Below are positions 38,485 through 48,828 of a stretch of 64,000 nt of DNA, one piece after another. A program made the position numbers and the translations under genes. Position 1 is the stretch's first letter; each line of letters starts with the position of its first letter. Origin of the DNA: Saprospiraceae bacterium (GTDB lineage Bacteria > Bacteroidota > Bacteroidia > Chitinophagales > Saprospiraceae); NCBI GenBank assembly GCA_043781915.1, contig JAYWBA010000187.1, forward strand, positions 931-64,930, read 5' to 3'. The notes beneath the pieces are model-generated. The model saw nothing but the letters and a program-made list of their open reading frames with translations, made no database searches and was not told where the DNA came from.

Positions 38485-39372
38485 ATGTCCCCTAAACAAC
38501 GTGCTTTTTTAGAGCTTCACTGCGCCGTTTTGTTGTGGGGATTTACAGCTATTCTCGGTCAGAAAATACAATTAGTGGCTTTTATTTTAGTGTGGTGGAG
38601 ATTAGCCATTACATGTGGTGTTATTGCCTCCATCGTGAATTTAAGAAAAACTATTAGCGCACTACCTCGTGATTTAATTAAAAAATATTTTTTTGTCGGT
38701 TGTATAGTAACAGCGCATTGGTTGCTTTTTTACGGTGCAATTAAACTTGCCAACGCTTCGGTAGCACTCATTTGTTTATCAACAACCTCATTCATGTCAT
38801 CTATTGCTGAACCATTAATGACAGGTAAAAAAATTAAATTGTATGAACTATCACTCGGAATAATAATCATTCCTGCTATGATTTTTATTGCTGGCACATT
38901 GCCTTCATCCATGAATTTAGGCATAATCATTGGGCTAATTTCAGCAGTTTTAGTCGTTTTCTTTTCCATACTCAATAAAGAGCTCGTTTCTCAAGCTGAT
39001 GCCATGACGATTACTTTTTTAGAACTCGGTGGTGGATTAATCATGCTTAGTTTATTAATGCCTTTTTATTTTATGTTTGATACATCGGCAACGTTTATGC
39101 CACAATCTGTAAGCGATTGGGTGTGTCTGGTGCTACTCTCAGTTTTATGTACAAATATTGCTTATTGGCTCGGTGTGAGGTCATTGAGGCAGCTTTCTGC
39201 CTTTGCAACATCGCTCACTGTTAATTTAGAGCCTTTATATGGCATTGCATTGGCTGTGATTTTATTGAAAGAAAATAAACAATTACCCACTTCTTTTTAT
39301 TATGGTGGTGGAATAATTGTATTCGCCGTACTTTTATACCCGTTTTTGCGCAGCAAATACGAAATCAGTTGA
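38485..39372 (+). CDS. EamA/DMT-family transporter
   Basis: About 10 TM helices in two repeated halves, 295 aa. Confidence 0.65.
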   Translation: MSPKQRAFLELHCAVLLWGFTAILGQKIQLVAFILVWWRLAITCGVIASIVNLRKTISALPRDLIKKYFFVGCIVTAHWLLFYGAIKLANASVALICLSTTSFMSSIAEPLMTGKKIKLYELSLGIIIIPAMIFIAGTLPSSMNLGIIIGLISAVLVVFFSILNKELVSQADAMTITFLELGGGLIMLSLLMPFYFMFDTSATFMPQSVSDWVCLVLLSVLCTNIAYWLGVRSLRQLSAFATSLTVNLEPLYGIALAVILLKENKQLPTSFYYGGGIIVFAVLLYPFLRSKYEIS

Positions 39373-39465
39373 TAGTTGTTAGTTGATTGTTGTTAGTTTG
39401 CGAACGCTCTAAAACTAACAACAATCAACTAACAACTAACAACTAACAACTAACGACTAACAACT
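39367..39465. repeat. Heptamer-word hairpin (TAACAAC words)
   Basis: Perfect 25-bp stem (39375-39399 with 39411-39435). The right arm continues as TAACAAC x5 up to the panD ATG. Confidence 0.9.
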
Positions 39466-39819
39466 ATGTTTGTAGAACTTTTAAAAGCAAAAATTCATCG
39501 CGTTCGTGTTACCGAGGCGAATTTAAATTATGTTGGTAGTGTTACTATTGACACGGCTCTAATGGAAGCGGCGGGTATTTTGCCCAACGAAAAAGTTTTA
39601 GTCGTTAATATCAATACAGGTGATAGATTTGAAACCTACGCTATACGCGGCGAACGCACGTCGGGAATTATTTGTTTGAATGGCGCTGCAGCACGCTTGG
39701 TTCAACCCGATGATATGGTAATTATTATGACATTCGCTTGGTTTAAGCCCGAAGAAGCCGAACTCCACAAACCCAAAGTTATTTTTTGCGATGAACATAA
39801 TAGATTGGTTAATGGATAA
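39466..39819 (+). CDS. panD: Aspartate 1-decarboxylase
   Basis: [29 protein letters not shown] includes the G-S self-cleavage site. Confidence 0.92.
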   Translation: MFVELLKAKIHRVRVTEANLNYVGSVTIDTALMEAAGILPNEKVLVVNINTGDRFETYAIRGERTSGIICLNGAAARLVQPDDMVIIMTFAWFKPEEAELHKPKVIFCDEHNRLVNG

Positions 39820-40639
39820 CAAAAGCGCTGAAAGCGCGACCTATGTCAGCGACGGGCACAAGTCCATCGAAAAAAATGAAATACGAGAAATTTTAGACGA
39901 ATACGTGGCAAAATACGAAAGCCTTGAGTTTATTGAGAACGATCCAATTCTAATTCCGCACGAATACAGCTTGTTGCAAGATATTGAAATCACAGCTTTT
40001 TGGACAAGTATGTTGTCATGGGGGCAACGCAAAACAATTATCAATAATGCGCGAAAGCTTTTTAACCTGATGGATAATGCACCCTACGAATTTATAACGC
40101 AGCACACCGAACAAGACCGCGCGCGATTTGAGCGCTTTGTGCACCGCACGTTTCAAGCAACCGATGCGCTTTATTTTTTAGAATTCTTTCAGAACTATTA
40201 TAAAACCCATCATTCTTTAGAAGAAGCTTTTACTTCGGGCATGAAAAGTGATGATACACATACTGAAAATGCACTTCTAAATTTCCATAAAACTTTTTTT
40301 GATTCAGATTTTGCGCCTCACCGCACACGCAAACACGTATCAACACCACCAAAAAGCACGTGCAAACGTTTGAATATGTTTTTGCGTTGGATGGTGCGCG
40401 ATTCAAAACGCGGTGTTGACTTTGGACTATGGAAAAATATTGGCTCGCACCAACTGCTCATTCCGCTTGATGTTCACGTTGAACGCACTGCTCGCGAATT
40501 AGGTCTACTCACTACACCGCAACGCAATTGGAAATCTGTTTTAGAACTGACAGAAAATTTGCGGCAATTCGATGGGGGTGATCCAGTGAAATACGACTTT
40601 GCGCTGTTTGGGTTAAGTGTGAATAAATGGGAGATATAA
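39812..40639 (+). CDS. TIGR02757/DUF2400-family protein
   Basis: [10 protein letters not shown]...[15 protein letters not shown]...LIPLDVHV are motifs I associate with that family. Confidence 0.55.
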   Translation: MDNKSAESATYVSDGHKSIEKNEIREILDEYVAKYESLEFIENDPILIPHEYSLLQDIEITAFWTSMLSWGQRKTIINNARKLFNLMDNAPYEFITQHTEQDRARFERFVHRTFQATDALYFLEFFQNYYKTHHSLEEAFTSGMKSDDTHTENALLNFHKTFFDSDFAPHRTRKHVSTPPKSTCKRLNMFLRWMVRDSKRGVDFGLWKNIGSHQLLIPLDVHVERTARELGLLTTPQRNWKSVLELTENLRQFDGGDPVKYDFALFGLSVNKWEI

Positions 40640-40718
40640 ACTTGAAAAGTTGAGCTAATTGAAGTGAATCAACTGCTGCATTTCAATGTAACGATTCGAA
40701 AGAAAAAATATTTGAAAC

Positions 40719-41261
40719 CTATTTATCAAGTTTAAATTTTATAGGTATTGTGTAAGCGACTCTGACTATTTTTCCATTCTGAGTACCTGGTATCCATTTT
40801 GGCATACTTTGTATTACCCTCACAGCTTCTTCTGAGCAACCCGCTCCTACTCCTCCCTTTACAGTAACATCGGTAAGAGACCCATCTAAATTAATGACAA
40901 CCCCTACGTAAACTGTTCCCTGAACTCCGTTTTCTCGAGCAATCGAAGGATAAACTAAATTTTTAGCTATAAATTTGAACATTTCAATCTCACCACCAGG
41001 AAAAATTGGTTTTTGCTCATTATACTTTTGAAATTCAGTGATTGAGTCATTTTGATTGCTTTGGATTTTTTTTCTGTGGTAATAATAAACTGTCGTGCGA
41101 ATATCAGTATGAACAATTGAGTCATACATTATTGAATCAATCTTCCCGTCCTCTCTTTTTAAAATAATATAGGGACTTTGAGCAAAGGAATTTACTGAAA
41201 TAAATAGATTGACAAAGAAACTCGCTGCAACAAATAAATTAGTTTTGAAGAAATATGTCAT
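40719..41261 (-). CDS. TonB C-terminal-domain (energy transducer-like) protein
   Basis: C-terminal PIFPGGEIEMFKFIAKNLVYPSIARENGVQGTVYVGVVINLDGSLTDV. Confidence 0.65.
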   Translation of the reverse strand: MTYFFKTNLFVAASFFVNLFISVNSFAQSPYIILKREDGKIDSIMYDSIVHTDIRTTVYYYHRKKIQSNQNDSITEFQKYNEQKPIFPGGEIEMFKFIAKNLVYPSIARENGVQGTVYVGVVINLDGSLTDVTVKGGVGAGCSEEAVRVIQSMPKWIPGTQNGKIVRVAYTIPIKFKLDK

Positions 41262-41264
41262 GAC

Positions 41265-43145
41265 TTACTTTTTTGAATTCCAAGAATTATTCGACGTATC
41301 TGCATCCATATAAATACCACCTTCAAGCGTAAGTGATTTAATTTTTTTCTTCGTCGTTACTTTCACAACCGTTTGCACCTGATTTTTTTCCCAAATTGCA
41401 GGGGTTTGGTGTATTTTTTCGGATGTGCCATCTTCGTATTGAATCAAAAAATTGGTTGGCGATGCAAATCCGCCGATATTATCAATCGTTACATTATAAC
41501 CACCTTTAGTTGTTTCAACTTTATTGATGCCGAGATCCAGATAATTACGACTAAAAAACCAATTATTCCAAAACCAATCAAGGTTTTTTCCAGCTGCATC
41601 GTTAAAACTGTAAAACATATCCCAAGGAAGCGGGTGTTTTTCGTGCCATCTATCGATAAAAGTGTGCAAACATTTTCTGAACAGCGCGTCGCCGAGCAAA
41701 TCTTTAACAGCTAAATATGCCAATGCAGGTTTGCCATATTCATTATCGCCCAAGCCTTGTCCACTCAACATATTACCTGGCGTAATAATCGGCACTTGGT
41801 GTTCTTCTGAATTATTTAATGTCCAACGCGCCACGCGAAATTGCTGAAAAAATCGGGTAGCAGTTTCTTCACCTAAATCTTCCAAACCAATAAGATATTC
41901 GTTGGCAGTCGTCCAGCCTTCATCCATAAATCCGTAACGATGTTCGTTAATTCCCATATAGAACGGAAACCACGAGTGTGCAATCTCGTGTTCAGCTACA
42001 AAGCGCGCAAAAACGGGTTCTTCTTCGGTGTTGTCGTTCACCATCATCGGGTATTCCATATCGGCAAAACCTTGAAACACCGTTGTTTTTGGATAAGGAT
42101 ATGAAACCCCAGGCCATTTTGTAGAAAACCACGCCAATGAATGTTTGCCGTATTCCACCATTTTTTCAAAATCTTTCGATGTGTAAGCATACGCTGCTTG
42201 CACACTCGCTCTGCGTTTGGTGATAGTATCGACGATAACGCTTCCTGCATCCCATAAATAAGAATTACTCACGCCAAGCGCCATATCGCTCACGTTTGTT
42301 GCTTCCCAACGCCATGTGTTTATTTCGTTTTGAAGCGTAACGACTTTATTTGAAACATCCTGTAGTGTTGTAATGCGAATAATGGAATCACTCGAAAAAG
42401 AGGTTTTTAATTTTTCAGCAACAGACGTTTGCAAAACATCTGAAGCATTTGTCAGTGTTCCTGTTGACCAAACGATATAGTTTTTCGGAACAGAAACGTT
42501 GAGTGTATAATCGTTAAAGTCGTTATAAAATTCTTGTGAGCCATTAAACGGCATATTATCCCAATGATTTACATCGTCGAAAACAGCAATGCGCGGATAA
42601 AAATAAGCGATAAAAAATGTTGTTGAATCTATAACACCATCGCGTGCTCTTTCGAAAGATAAATCGTAATTCCATTCAAAGTTGAGCGTCACAGAATCGT
42701 GCGGAACAAGTGGTTTTGTGAATTTAAATGATTGATAAGTTATTGGTCCGCCATCATCCCAAGGTTTTGCTACACCATTTTCTTTGTATCCTGTAATATG
42801 CAACCCCGAAGTTAGTTCTTTGGGGTCGCTCGCATTACCTCTGGTTGCACCCACTGCATGCTGATTCATGATGAGTTTTAAACCCGGATTCCTCAATGTA
42901 TCTTGACTGTTGTTGTAATAAACAATTTTTTCTGAACCTTGAATATTCCTATTCGGTGGACTAACTTTTATTGAAATATCGTAGCGACCAAAATTTTGAA
43001 AATAATTTTTGCCAGGTTTTCCATCTTTACTGCGCGTACCATTTTTGTAAGCCGCTTGAACATCGCGTGGAATAAATAAATTTTGTGCTGAGGTTTGAAT
43101 TGCGAACGCCAACGCAAAAAAGAAGGGTAATGCCTTAATTTTCAT
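41265..43145 (-). CDS. M1-family metallopeptidase
   Basis: Signal peptide. HEIAHSWF followed by a downstream glutamate (FMDEGW), matching HExxH-x18-E. Confidence 0.8.
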   Translation of the reverse strand: MKIKALPFFFALAFAIQTSAQNLFIPRDVQAAYKNGTRSKDGKPGKNYFQNFGRYDISIKVSPPNRNIQGSEKIVYYNNSQDTLRNPGLKLIMNQHAVGATRGNASDPKELTSGLHITGYKENGVAKPWDDGGPITYQSFKFTKPLVPHDSVTLNFEWNYDLSFERARDGVIDSTTFFIAYFYPRIAVFDDVNHWDNMPFNGSQEFYNDFNDYTLNVSVPKNYIVWSTGTLTNASDVLQTSVAEKLKTSFSSDSIIRITTLQDVSNKVVTLQNEINTWRWEATNVSDMALGVSNSYLWDAGSVIVDTITKRRASVQAAYAYTSKDFEKMVEYGKHSLAWFSTKWPGVSYPYPKTTVFQGFADMEYPMMVNDNTEEEPVFARFVAEHEIAHSWFPFYMGINEHRYGFMDEGWTTANEYLIGLEDLGEETATRFFQQFRVARWTLNNSEEHQVPIITPGNMLSGQGLGDNEYGKPALAYLAVKDLLGDALFRKCLHTFIDRWHEKHPLPWDMFYSFNDAAGKNLDWFWNNWFFSRNYLDLGINKVETTKGGYNVTIDNIGGFASPTNFLIQYEDGTSEKIHQTPAIWEKNQVQTVVKVTTKKKIKSLTLEGGIYMDADTSNNSWNSKK

Positions 43146-43200
43146 ACTTTAATTTTATGATCTGACTTAAAACTATAACGCAACCTTTTAGGATAGGTTT

Positions 43201-43236
43201 AAAAAGGGCAATGCTTGATAGACAATTGCCCTTTTT
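43201..43236 (-). terminator. Terminator hairpin after the SPFH gene
   Basis: AAAAAGGGCAAT...ATTGCCCTTTTT. Confidence 0.65.
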
Positions 43237-43310
43237 AAAGGTTGCAAGGTTTTCGCTTAAAGGAATAAAACCCATGGTTAAGTAGATTACTCAAGCAGCT
43301 TCTAAGTATT

Positions 43311-44216
43311 TTAATTAGAAAGCAACATCTGCGGTGATGTTTTGCCATTCATAATTATCACTTTGCTATTAGGCGAAAGTGCCACTTCTTTTTGTGCTTT
43401 AATAGATTCGTATTGAAGCAATTTATCGCTCAAACCCGTTGAAAGAATTTTTTGGTAATCAGCAATACCTTGCGCTTCAACGCGTTTGCGATCTGCTTCT
43501 TGTTTTTCTTTTTGCAAAACATATTGCATTTTTTGTGCGTCTTGTTCGGCGTTAATTTTCGATTCTATCGCTAATTTGACAGATTCAGGTAATGTGATAT
43601 TGCGCACTAAAATTTGTTCGAGTTGAATGCCGCGCGCTGAAAAAAGCGAATCTATATCGTGATAGATGCGCGCCTGAAATTCGTTTCTATGCGTCGAATA
43701 CAATTCGATTGCCGTAAAGTTGACAGCGTTATCGCGAATTTTTGTTCTTGCAATCGGTCGAACAATCACTTCTTCAACATTGGGTCCTATTTCGCGTACA
43801 ATTTTGGGTGTTGCCGATTTGTTCAAGTGATACAATACCGTTAAGTCAATAATAAGTTCCAAACCATCCGTACTGAGTACGCGAATAGCATCGTCGCCTT
43901 TAACTTTGCCTTCATTTGTCAGAGCTGACATCGTATAGTTTTGCGTACGTGTGTTGAGCTTAACCAATTCTACCAATGGATTGACGACGTGTAAGCCAGA
44001 TTCTAAATAACCATCTTTAACATCTCCAAAAAGTTTCTGAACACCAACTTCGCCCGCGTCAATTTGTCGAACACAAGCTGAAAAAAAACCGAGTACCAAT
44101 AAGCCAATGCCGAGTCCACGTACTGTTGGCGCGAATCGAGTAGCACCCAAATTGGGATTTGTTGGTAAAAAATATGACGCTAAATAAGCGATTATTCCAA
44201 GAAAGATGAATAGCAT
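43311..44216 (-). CDS. SPFH/band-7 (prohibitin/HflC-like) membrane protein
   Basis: N-terminal TM helix, then the SPFH core (VQKLFGDV..., LSTDGLELIIDLTVLY) and a coiled-coil tail. Confidence 0.8.
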   Translation of the reverse strand: MLFIFLGIIAYLASYFLPTNPNLGATRFAPTVRGLGIGLLVLGFFSACVRQIDAGEVGVQKLFGDVKDGYLESGLHVVNPLVELVKLNTRTQNYTMSALTNEGKVKGDDAIRVLSTDGLELIIDLTVLYHLNKSATPKIVREIGPNVEEVIVRPIARTKIRDNAVNFTAIELYSTHRNEFQARIYHDIDSLFSARGIQLEQILVRNITLPESVKLAIESKINAEQDAQKMQYVLQKEKQEADRKRVEAQGIADYQKILSTGLSDKLLQYESIKAQKEVALSPNSKVIIMNGKTSPQMLLSN

Positions 44217-44409
44217 AATGAATTTTCTTATAAAGTTACGATACTTTTGGTTGTGGGCATCTATTTATTTCGACAAAATGAACACAGATTCCGATGAATG
44301 TGTTTTTAGTTTTCACCACAAAGTCCACAATAGGTTTTTTCACAAAAGACACAATAGAAAATTATAACTTTTGTATCTTTTGTGGTAAGACTTTTGTGTT
44401 GAAAAGCAA

Positions 44410-47058
44410 TCAAAAATCAAACTCTATCGTCTCACCCGCTTTGAATTTAGTTTCCGGTGCTGGTTTGGTTTCTTCTTTTACAGATTCTGTATCAGTACTC
44501 ACTTCTTCGGGTTTAATAATCTCTTTAACCTCAATCAATTTTTGGTCGCTCACTTTATTGCCCAGGGCTTTCCAACCTTTTATATCAATCAGTTTGGCTA
44601 ATTCTATTTCGCCGCCCAACATTTTTTTCGCTCCCATTTTAATAGTGTAAGTAATAAAAGGTCGTAGTAGAGTAGTGACATACATCAAGCTCGATTTTTT
44701 ATGTTCGGTAATAAATAAAAATTTCTCGTTTGTTTTTGTCGTCTCAACTTTAAAGCGTTTTACGAGCGTTACTTCTTTATTGCCTTCAAAATAAACAGCT
44801 GTAATAACAGTTTCGGGTGTGAATTTTTCGAGCAGAAGAATATTATTATTGTCGAAATGACGTGATGTGTCTAATTCGCTGAGTTCGTAGGTTGCATCTT
44901 TATAAATTACCAAAACCGTTTCGCCTGTATCGAAAGTGCCGAGATATTTGCCCCGCTCGTTATCGTTCAATCTGCCAACAATGTCATCGAAATACCATTT
45001 TTTTGCACCGAGCGACGACATGCCTACTTCGCGCGCTTTTATTTGACGAACAGGATATTTAGTAACTATATTTCCTTGCGATGAACGCCCTTTAATGGCG
45101 AGTTCACCAAAATCAAAATCGAACATTTTAATTTTGGCAGTGCATTGTGGTGTGAGTTGCAAATTCACTACTTCCGATTCCCCATTAGCGCGCGCAGCAA
45201 AATACAACAACTTAGAATTCGGCGAGCCTTGTGTGATATCGTATTCTGTTTGGCGCGTTACAGCAGGCACATTGAAACGCTTCGCATAGGTTATACCTGT
45301 TTTACCATCCAAATAAATGGCATTATAGGTAGTGCGCTCGTCTGCTTTTTGCCAAACGGCGCCGTGAATAATTTCTTTCCCAACAAAAACTTTATCAGCG
45401 ACTTTAACTACTTGATATTTTCCATCTCGCCGAAAAACAATGACATCGTCGATATCGCTACAATCTTGAACAAATTCATCTTTCTTTAAACCCGTTCCGA
45501 TGAAACCTTCTTTTTTATTGATGTAAAGTTTGGCGTTGTTGGCTACAACTTCTGTGGCTTGAATGGTATCGAAAACTTTGATTTCTGTTTTGCGCTCCCG
45601 ACCTTTGCCATAGCGTTTGAGTAAATCTTCATAAAAAGAAATAGCAAATGCAATCAGGTTTTCGAGGTGATTTTTCGTTTGAGAAATGTCTTCAAGCAAT
45701 TTTTTAACTAAATCGTCTGCTTCAAAGGTGTTGTATTTTGAGATTCGCTTGATTCTAATTTCTGTCAAACGCGTAATATCTTCTTCGCTAATTGCCCGAT
45801 TAAGCACCAAACGCATATCGTTTGCAATAATTTTATCTTCTGGCTGGCGAACATATTTATAGAGTTCAGTCGGAATAATTTTCAAAACTTCTTCCCAACT
45901 CTCGGCTTCTTCAATATTATGGTAAATACGTTTTTCGATGAATATTTTCTCTAAACTCGCGAAATGCCATTTTTCTTCAAGGTCGTGTTTTTTAATTTCG
46001 AGTTCACGGCGCAACAGTTCTTTGGTTTGCTCGGTACAAACTTTCAAAATTTCGTGCACATCGGTGAAAAGTGGTTTGTTATTGACGATGATACACGCAT
46101 TGACGGAAATCGAATATTCGCAATCGGAAAAAGCGTAGAGCGCATCCATCGTAACATCAGGTGAAACGCCAGGCTGTAACTCGATATAAATTTCAACGTC
46201 TTTAGCTGTATTATCCGATACTTTTTTGATTTTAATTTTGCCTTTATCCGCTGCTTTTAAAATGCTTTCAATCAAATCGCCTGTAGTGATGCCAAACGGA
46301 ATCTCTTTTATCAGTATCGCTTTTTTATCTTTCGATATTTCCATCCGCGCTCGCACGCGCACTTTGCCACCACGTTTGCCGGCGTTGTAATTGGTTACAT
46401 CAACAAAACCGCCTGTGAAAAAATCGGGAAAAATCTGAATCGGTTTACCTTTCAGAATATCGAGACTCGCTTTAATCAGTTCAATGAAATTGTGTGGCAG
46501 AATTTTTGTCGAAAGTCCAACGGCAATACCTTCAACGCCTTGCGCTAAGACCAACGGGAATTTAGATGGTAATGCAACGGGTTCTTTTTTTCTACCATCA
46601 TACGTGAGTTGCCACTCTGTCGTTTGCGGATTATACAACACATCGAGCGCAAATTTGGTTAAACGCGCTTCAATATAACGCGCAGCCGCAGCCGCATCAC
46701 CTGTGCGCGCATCACCCCAGTTGCCTTGGCAATCAATCAATAAATCTTTTTGACCCAAATTAACGAGCGCATCGCCGATAGATGCGTCGCCATGCGGGTG
46801 GTATTGCATGGTTTGACCAATCACGTTCGCAACTTTGTGGTAACGCCCATCATCCATAATATTGATGGCGTGCAATAAGCGGCGTTGAACGGGTTTTAAA
46901 CCATCAACTATACCAGGCACTGCGCGTTCGAGAATGACATAACTGGCGTAATCCAAGAAATAATCTTGGTACATATCGCCCAGCGTGATGATGTGCGCTT
47001 CGCCATTTACGCCATTCGGCGGCGTGGTTTGATCGGATGTATCTTTAGTATCGGGCAT
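44410..47058 (-). CDS. parC: DNA topoisomerase IV subunit A (type IIA topoisomerase A subunit)
   Basis: LKPVQRRLLHA, YHPHGDASIGDALVNLGQ, AAARYIEARL (catalytic Tyr region). At 882 aa, with Bacteroidota-type ParC features rather than GyrA. Confidence 0.75.
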   Translation of the reverse strand: MPDTKDTSDQTTPPNGVNGEAHIITLGDMYQDYFLDYASYVILERAVPGIVDGLKPVQRRLLHAINIMDDGRYHKVANVIGQTMQYHPHGDASIGDALVNLGQKDLLIDCQGNWGDARTGDAAAAARYIEARLTKFALDVLYNPQTTEWQLTYDGRKKEPVALPSKFPLVLAQGVEGIAVGLSTKILPHNFIELIKASLDILKGKPIQIFPDFFTGGFVDVTNYNAGKRGGKVRVRARMEISKDKKAILIKEIPFGITTGDLIESILKAADKGKIKIKKVSDNTAKDVEIYIELQPGVSPDVTMDALYAFSDCEYSISVNACIIVNNKPLFTDVHEILKVCTEQTKELLRRELEIKKHDLEEKWHFASLEKIFIEKRIYHNIEEAESWEEVLKIIPTELYKYVRQPEDKIIANDMRLVLNRAISEEDITRLTEIRIKRISKYNTFEADDLVKKLLEDISQTKNHLENLIAFAISFYEDLLKRYGKGRERKTEIKVFDTIQATEVVANNAKLYINKKEGFIGTGLKKDEFVQDCSDIDDVIVFRRDGKYQVVKVADKVFVGKEIIHGAVWQKADERTTYNAIYLDGKTGITYAKRFNVPAVTRQTEYDITQGSPNSKLLYFAARANGESEVVNLQLTPQCTAKIKMFDFDFGELAIKGRSSQGNIVTKYPVRQIKAREVGMSSLGAKKWYFDDIVGRLNDNERGKYLGTFDTGETVLVIYKDATYELSELDTSRHFDNNNILLLEKFTPETVITAVYFEGNKEVTLVKRFKVETTKTNEKFLFITEHKKSSLMYVTTLLRPFITYTIKMGAKKMLGGEIELAKLIDIKGWKALGNKVSDQKLIEVKEIIKPEEVSTDTESVKEETKPAPETKFKAGETIEFDF

Positions 47059-47193
47059 AAGGCTTTGAATTAATCTGCAATTTTACTACAAATTTTATTA
47101 ATTCCAATCATATTTCAAAATAAAAAACTTTTTGTTTTTTATTTTGAAAGGAAACTATTCAGGAATTGCTAAAAAGTTTTGAGCCTTAACTTA

Positions 47194-47353
47194 AGTTTGG
47201 ATTAGGAATGAATTATGTTCGGGATCAACAACCCAATACTTGCGCACACCTGATTCAGCATAGAGGTCTTTTTAGTTTTCATTTCGCGTTTTGAATTGTC
47301 GGATGAAAGAATTTCTACTATCAAATTTGGTGTACCCAAACAATCACACCTAT
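47194..47353 (-). pseudogene. Decayed Uma2-family (DUF820) endonuclease remnant
   Basis: Minus-strand translation GTPNLIVEILSSDNSKREMKTK, then a frameshift in the T-run at 47269-47273, then KDLYAESGVRKYWVVDPEHNSFLIQT*. The N-terminal half is missing. Confidence 0.65.
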
Positions 47354-47438
47354 CTATTTTTTTAAATCACAATATTAGGTTGGATATTGGCAAAACATCT
47401 TATCAGGTTAAAGCAGACAAAAGCGGTTCGTTGAAAAT

Positions 47439-47717
47439 TTACCTGTGCAATTTCAATATCATCTCATCGGTAATCGCATCGCTCGAAATGCCATAACCAT
47501 TAACTACTATGCCTTTTCTATTTAATTTATCAGAGCTGATGGCATACAAAACACTTTCATCATCTGAGCTGCTCATGCCTTCGAATCTAAAAACTTTGTC
47601 AATCTTATAATCGTCAATATTTTCAACGAGATGGTTCGTGATGAGATTGAAATCTTCTATATAGCCCTCAGCGCGAAGTGTATTTATAACCGTTGAAAGT
47701 GAATCAGGGTGTATCAT
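47439..47717 (-). CDS. Hypothetical small protein
   Basis: ATG at 47717 (MIHPDSLSTVINTLRAEGYIEDF...). The longer ORF upstream runs through a repeat hairpin. Confidence 0.4.
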   Translation of the reverse strand: MIHPDSLSTVINTLRAEGYIEDFNLITNHLVENIDDYKIDKVFRFEGMSSSDDESVLYAISSDKLNRKGIVVNGYGISSDAITDEMILKLHR

Positions 47718-47876
47718 AATATTAGTTTGGATTTGAAAAATCAAGCTTTGTGAAATCTTTGAGCCTTCGTTTCTTTGTGCTAAAGAAATTCGCGGTTTTT
47801 TTTCAGCACAAAGTTCACAAAGGAACAAAGATTCACAAAGACTAAACTCATTTTCAATTTTTATAAGAAACCTCTT

Positions 47877-48683
47877 TTACTTAACCAAATTATAATTAAC
47901 GGCATTAAAACTTGTGAAAGTAGAATCGGGTAAACTTTTATATACACCCATGGGTGTTAAAACTCGGTTATCGCCGCGACTCACTGAAAGAAGAATATTG
48001 CCTAAACCCCGATAATCTTGAAAAGGTAAAACCATATTCGGTTTTGCATTGGCAGATTTTTCAAAATAGTTGAGTTGCGTGACCAAATGACTCGAAGGGT
48101 TTATAAATGCCTCGTATTTATTCTGCGGTGTATCGCCCACAGCTTTAAATGTGAGTTCAACTACGTCGCACTCGGTACCCAAATTATTTTTTTGTTTGCC
48201 TTTATCTTTCAAAGTTACGCCGCTGTCTTTCATTTTAAATGGCATCACTAACCAATAACTATCATTAATCCAAATTGATTTTCCACGCGCCAAATATTTT
48301 TTTATGGTATCAGCGTTTGTTTGAACAACGCCATTCATTTTAACCGAACCCGTCATATCGTTCATATTGAGGTGAATTTTCAAATCCCGGTCGATGAAAT
48401 CAATCCTAACTTTGTTTTGCCATTTATCCCAAACCAGTTCGCGTTTGCCTAAAAACGTCCAACGAATAAATCGCGTTTGATCCCAAGCGTAACGTCCACC
48501 ACTTGCGAGCATGACTGAATCGGCTAAATCAACTGCGCGTTTATCAGAACCAGCCAAATCGAAACCTGGTGCGGGTGTATTTGGTACTTTTTTGTTAACA
48601 AATCCACGCGGGCCGGTACAAGCGGTGATAAGGAAAAGGGAAAAGGTAATAAGGAAAAAGGAAAAAGGAATACTTTTTTTCAT
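47877..48683 (-). CDS. Hypothetical lipoprotein
   Basis: MKKSIPFSFFLITFSLFLITAC lipobox. No family recognised. Confidence 0.5.
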   Translation of the reverse strand: MKKSIPFSFFLITFSLFLITACTGPRGFVNKKVPNTPAPGFDLAGSDKRAVDLADSVMLASGGRYAWDQTRFIRWTFLGKRELVWDKWQNKVRIDFIDRDLKIHLNMNDMTGSVKMNGVVQTNADTIKKYLARGKSIWINDSYWLVMPFKMKDSGVTLKDKGKQKNNLGTECDVVELTFKAVGDTPQNKYEAFINPSSHLVTQLNYFEKSANAKPNMVLPFQDYRGLGNILLSVSRGDNRVLTPMGVYKSLPDSTFTSFNAVNYNLVK

Positions 48684-48746
48684 AATGAATATTTTTTTGC
48701 ATAAAATTAATACAGCGCATGACAAATAAGTCATGCGCTGCAAATT

Positions 48747-48828
48747 AATTTAGTTGATAGTTGACAGTTGATAGTTGATAGTCGTAGTTTGAGTCCCAAA
48801 TTGTCGACTGACAACCGTCAACTAAATT
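48747..48828. repeat. Heptamer-word hairpin (GTTGAYA words, same word family as 10421-10502)
   Basis: AATTTAGTTGATAGTTGACAGTTGATAGTTGATAGTCG pairs imperfectly with CGACTGACAACCGTCAACTAAATT. Confidence 0.75.

Noticed and set aside
47296-47496. 66-aa plus-strand ORF in the parC upstream gap.
   Set aside because: - The opposite strand carries a recognisable, frameshifted Uma2 remnant.
- The plus-strand ORF has no features of its own.
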